Source: Candidatus Eisenbacteria bacterium RBG_16_71_46 (GTDB lineage: Bacteria; Eisenbacteria; RBG-16-71-46). From it: a DNA stretch of 64,000 nt. The translations under genes and the position numbers were made by a program. The stretch covers positions 5,215 through 69,214 of the forward strand of contig MFFQ01000023.1 in assembly GCA_001780165.1 (NCBI GenBank). Reading direction: 5' to 3'. The notes under the pieces were generated by a model. It was not told the DNA's origin, made no database searches, and worked only from the letters and a program-made list of their open reading frames with translations. Of this stretch, positions 63,224 to 64,000 are shown piece after piece (positions within the stretch are counted from its first letter, which is position 1; each line of letters opens with the position of its first letter).

Positions 63224-64000
63224 TCACCGCAGCACGTCGGGGTGCGGCGCGGCCCGCAGCATCTCCTGCGTCTCGAGGTAGAGCCGCTCGCTCACCGACA
63301 CCTTGTACGGCGTGGGATTGAGCGGACGCAGGTGGTCCGGGCGCGTCTCGCGGAGCTGGGCGCGCACCCGGTCGCGCACCGCCGCGAGCGGGGGGCCGGC
63401 GACGCGGCGTCCGTCCCGCCACGCCGGGGCGAGCAGCCGCTCGACGGTCGCGGGGATCACCCGCGCGCGACGCGAGGGATCGAACGGGTGGCAGCACAGG
63501 ATCTCGCCTCCGGGCTGCGGCGCGGCCTCGTCGGCGAACGCCAGGAGGTCCAGCAGCGGCGTGCCGTCCGCGCCCCGCAGCCGCCAGATCTCCTTCTTCC
63601 CGGGCAGCGTGGTCTTCGCGGTGTCCTCGGAGAGCTTGATCCGCGGCGTGCCGTCGATCGCGACCAGCTTGTAGATGCCTCCAAGCGCCGGGTCCGAGCT
63701 GCAGGTCGCGAGGTGCGTGCCGATGCCGAAGGCGTTCACCTCGTGTCCCTCCTGCTTGAGCGACAGCAGCACGCTCTCGTCGATCTCGTTGCTGGCGAGG
63801 ATCACGAGCCGCCCGAAGGGTCGGCCGTGGCGCGCCCCGACCTCGGCGAAATGCCGCCGGGTCTGTTTCGACAGGTGCGCCAGGTCACCCGAATCCAGCC
63901 GCACGCCGACCGGCTCGTAGCCGGCCTCGGCCAGCGCCAGCGCCACGCAGAGGAAGTTGGGCACCCCCGAGCGCATCGTGTCGTAGGTGTCGACCAGCGC
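63224..64000 (-). CDS. pncB: Nicotinate phosphoribosyltransferase, C-terminal part (5' end outside window)
   Basis: Motifs LVDTYD, GVRLDSGDL, ASNEIDE, FGIGTHL, YKLV and PRIKLSED. Confidence 0.93.
   Translation of the reverse strand, partial: ALVDTYDTMRSGVPNFLCVALALAEAGYEPVGVRLDSGDLAHLSKQTRRHFAEVGARHGRPFGRLVILASNEIDESVLLSLKQEGHEVNAFGIGTHLATCSSDPALGGIYKLVAIDGTPRIKLSEDTAKTTLPGKKEIWRLRGADGTPLLDLLAFADEAAPQPGGEILCCHPFDPSRRARVIPATVERLLAPAWRDGRRVAGPPLAAVRDRVRAQLRETRPDHLRPLNPTPYKVSVSERLYLETQEMLRAAPHPDVLR

Overview
High-GC (about 70% by eye) bacterial chromosome segment with about 45 credible genes. I found no rRNA, tRNA, CRISPR array or mobile element. Secreted proteins ending in FlgD-Ig/Por-like tails, a C-terminal TWGxIK motif and a PorV-like barrel suggest an FCB-related candidate phylum such as Ca. 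Eisenbacteria; this is an inference. The centrepiece (16.8-43.2 kb) is a large predicted beta-1,2-glucan utilisation locus. It encodes LacI, two GH144-like glucanases, a sugar ABC transporter without ATPase, a discoidin/(alpha/alpha)6 putative hydrolase, a GH1 and a stand-alone Cgs-type GH94 phosphorylase. It also has a SusD-less outer-membrane module: CBM9-like secreted protein, TonB-dependent receptor, 1102-aa CTD protein and PorV-like barrel. Three copies of a LacI-type operator (TGTAAACGRTTACR) define the likely regulon and link an orphan TWGxIK-tailed secreted protein to it. Other notable items are a sigma54-type promoter upstream of gdhA plus a receiver/PPDK-like protein, a likely transcription attenuator ahead of a fatty-acid hydroxylase/DEAD-box helicase pair, a Cas4-like/DEDD double nuclease (DUF2779), a CotH-DUF4956-VTC triad, a soluble acyl-ACP desaturase coupled to fabF, and a eukaryote-like pncB. 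The rest is housekeeping metabolism (speA, pckG, gltA, ackA, hbd, sseA-sufE, POT transporter). All family calls come from motif recognition, not database searches.
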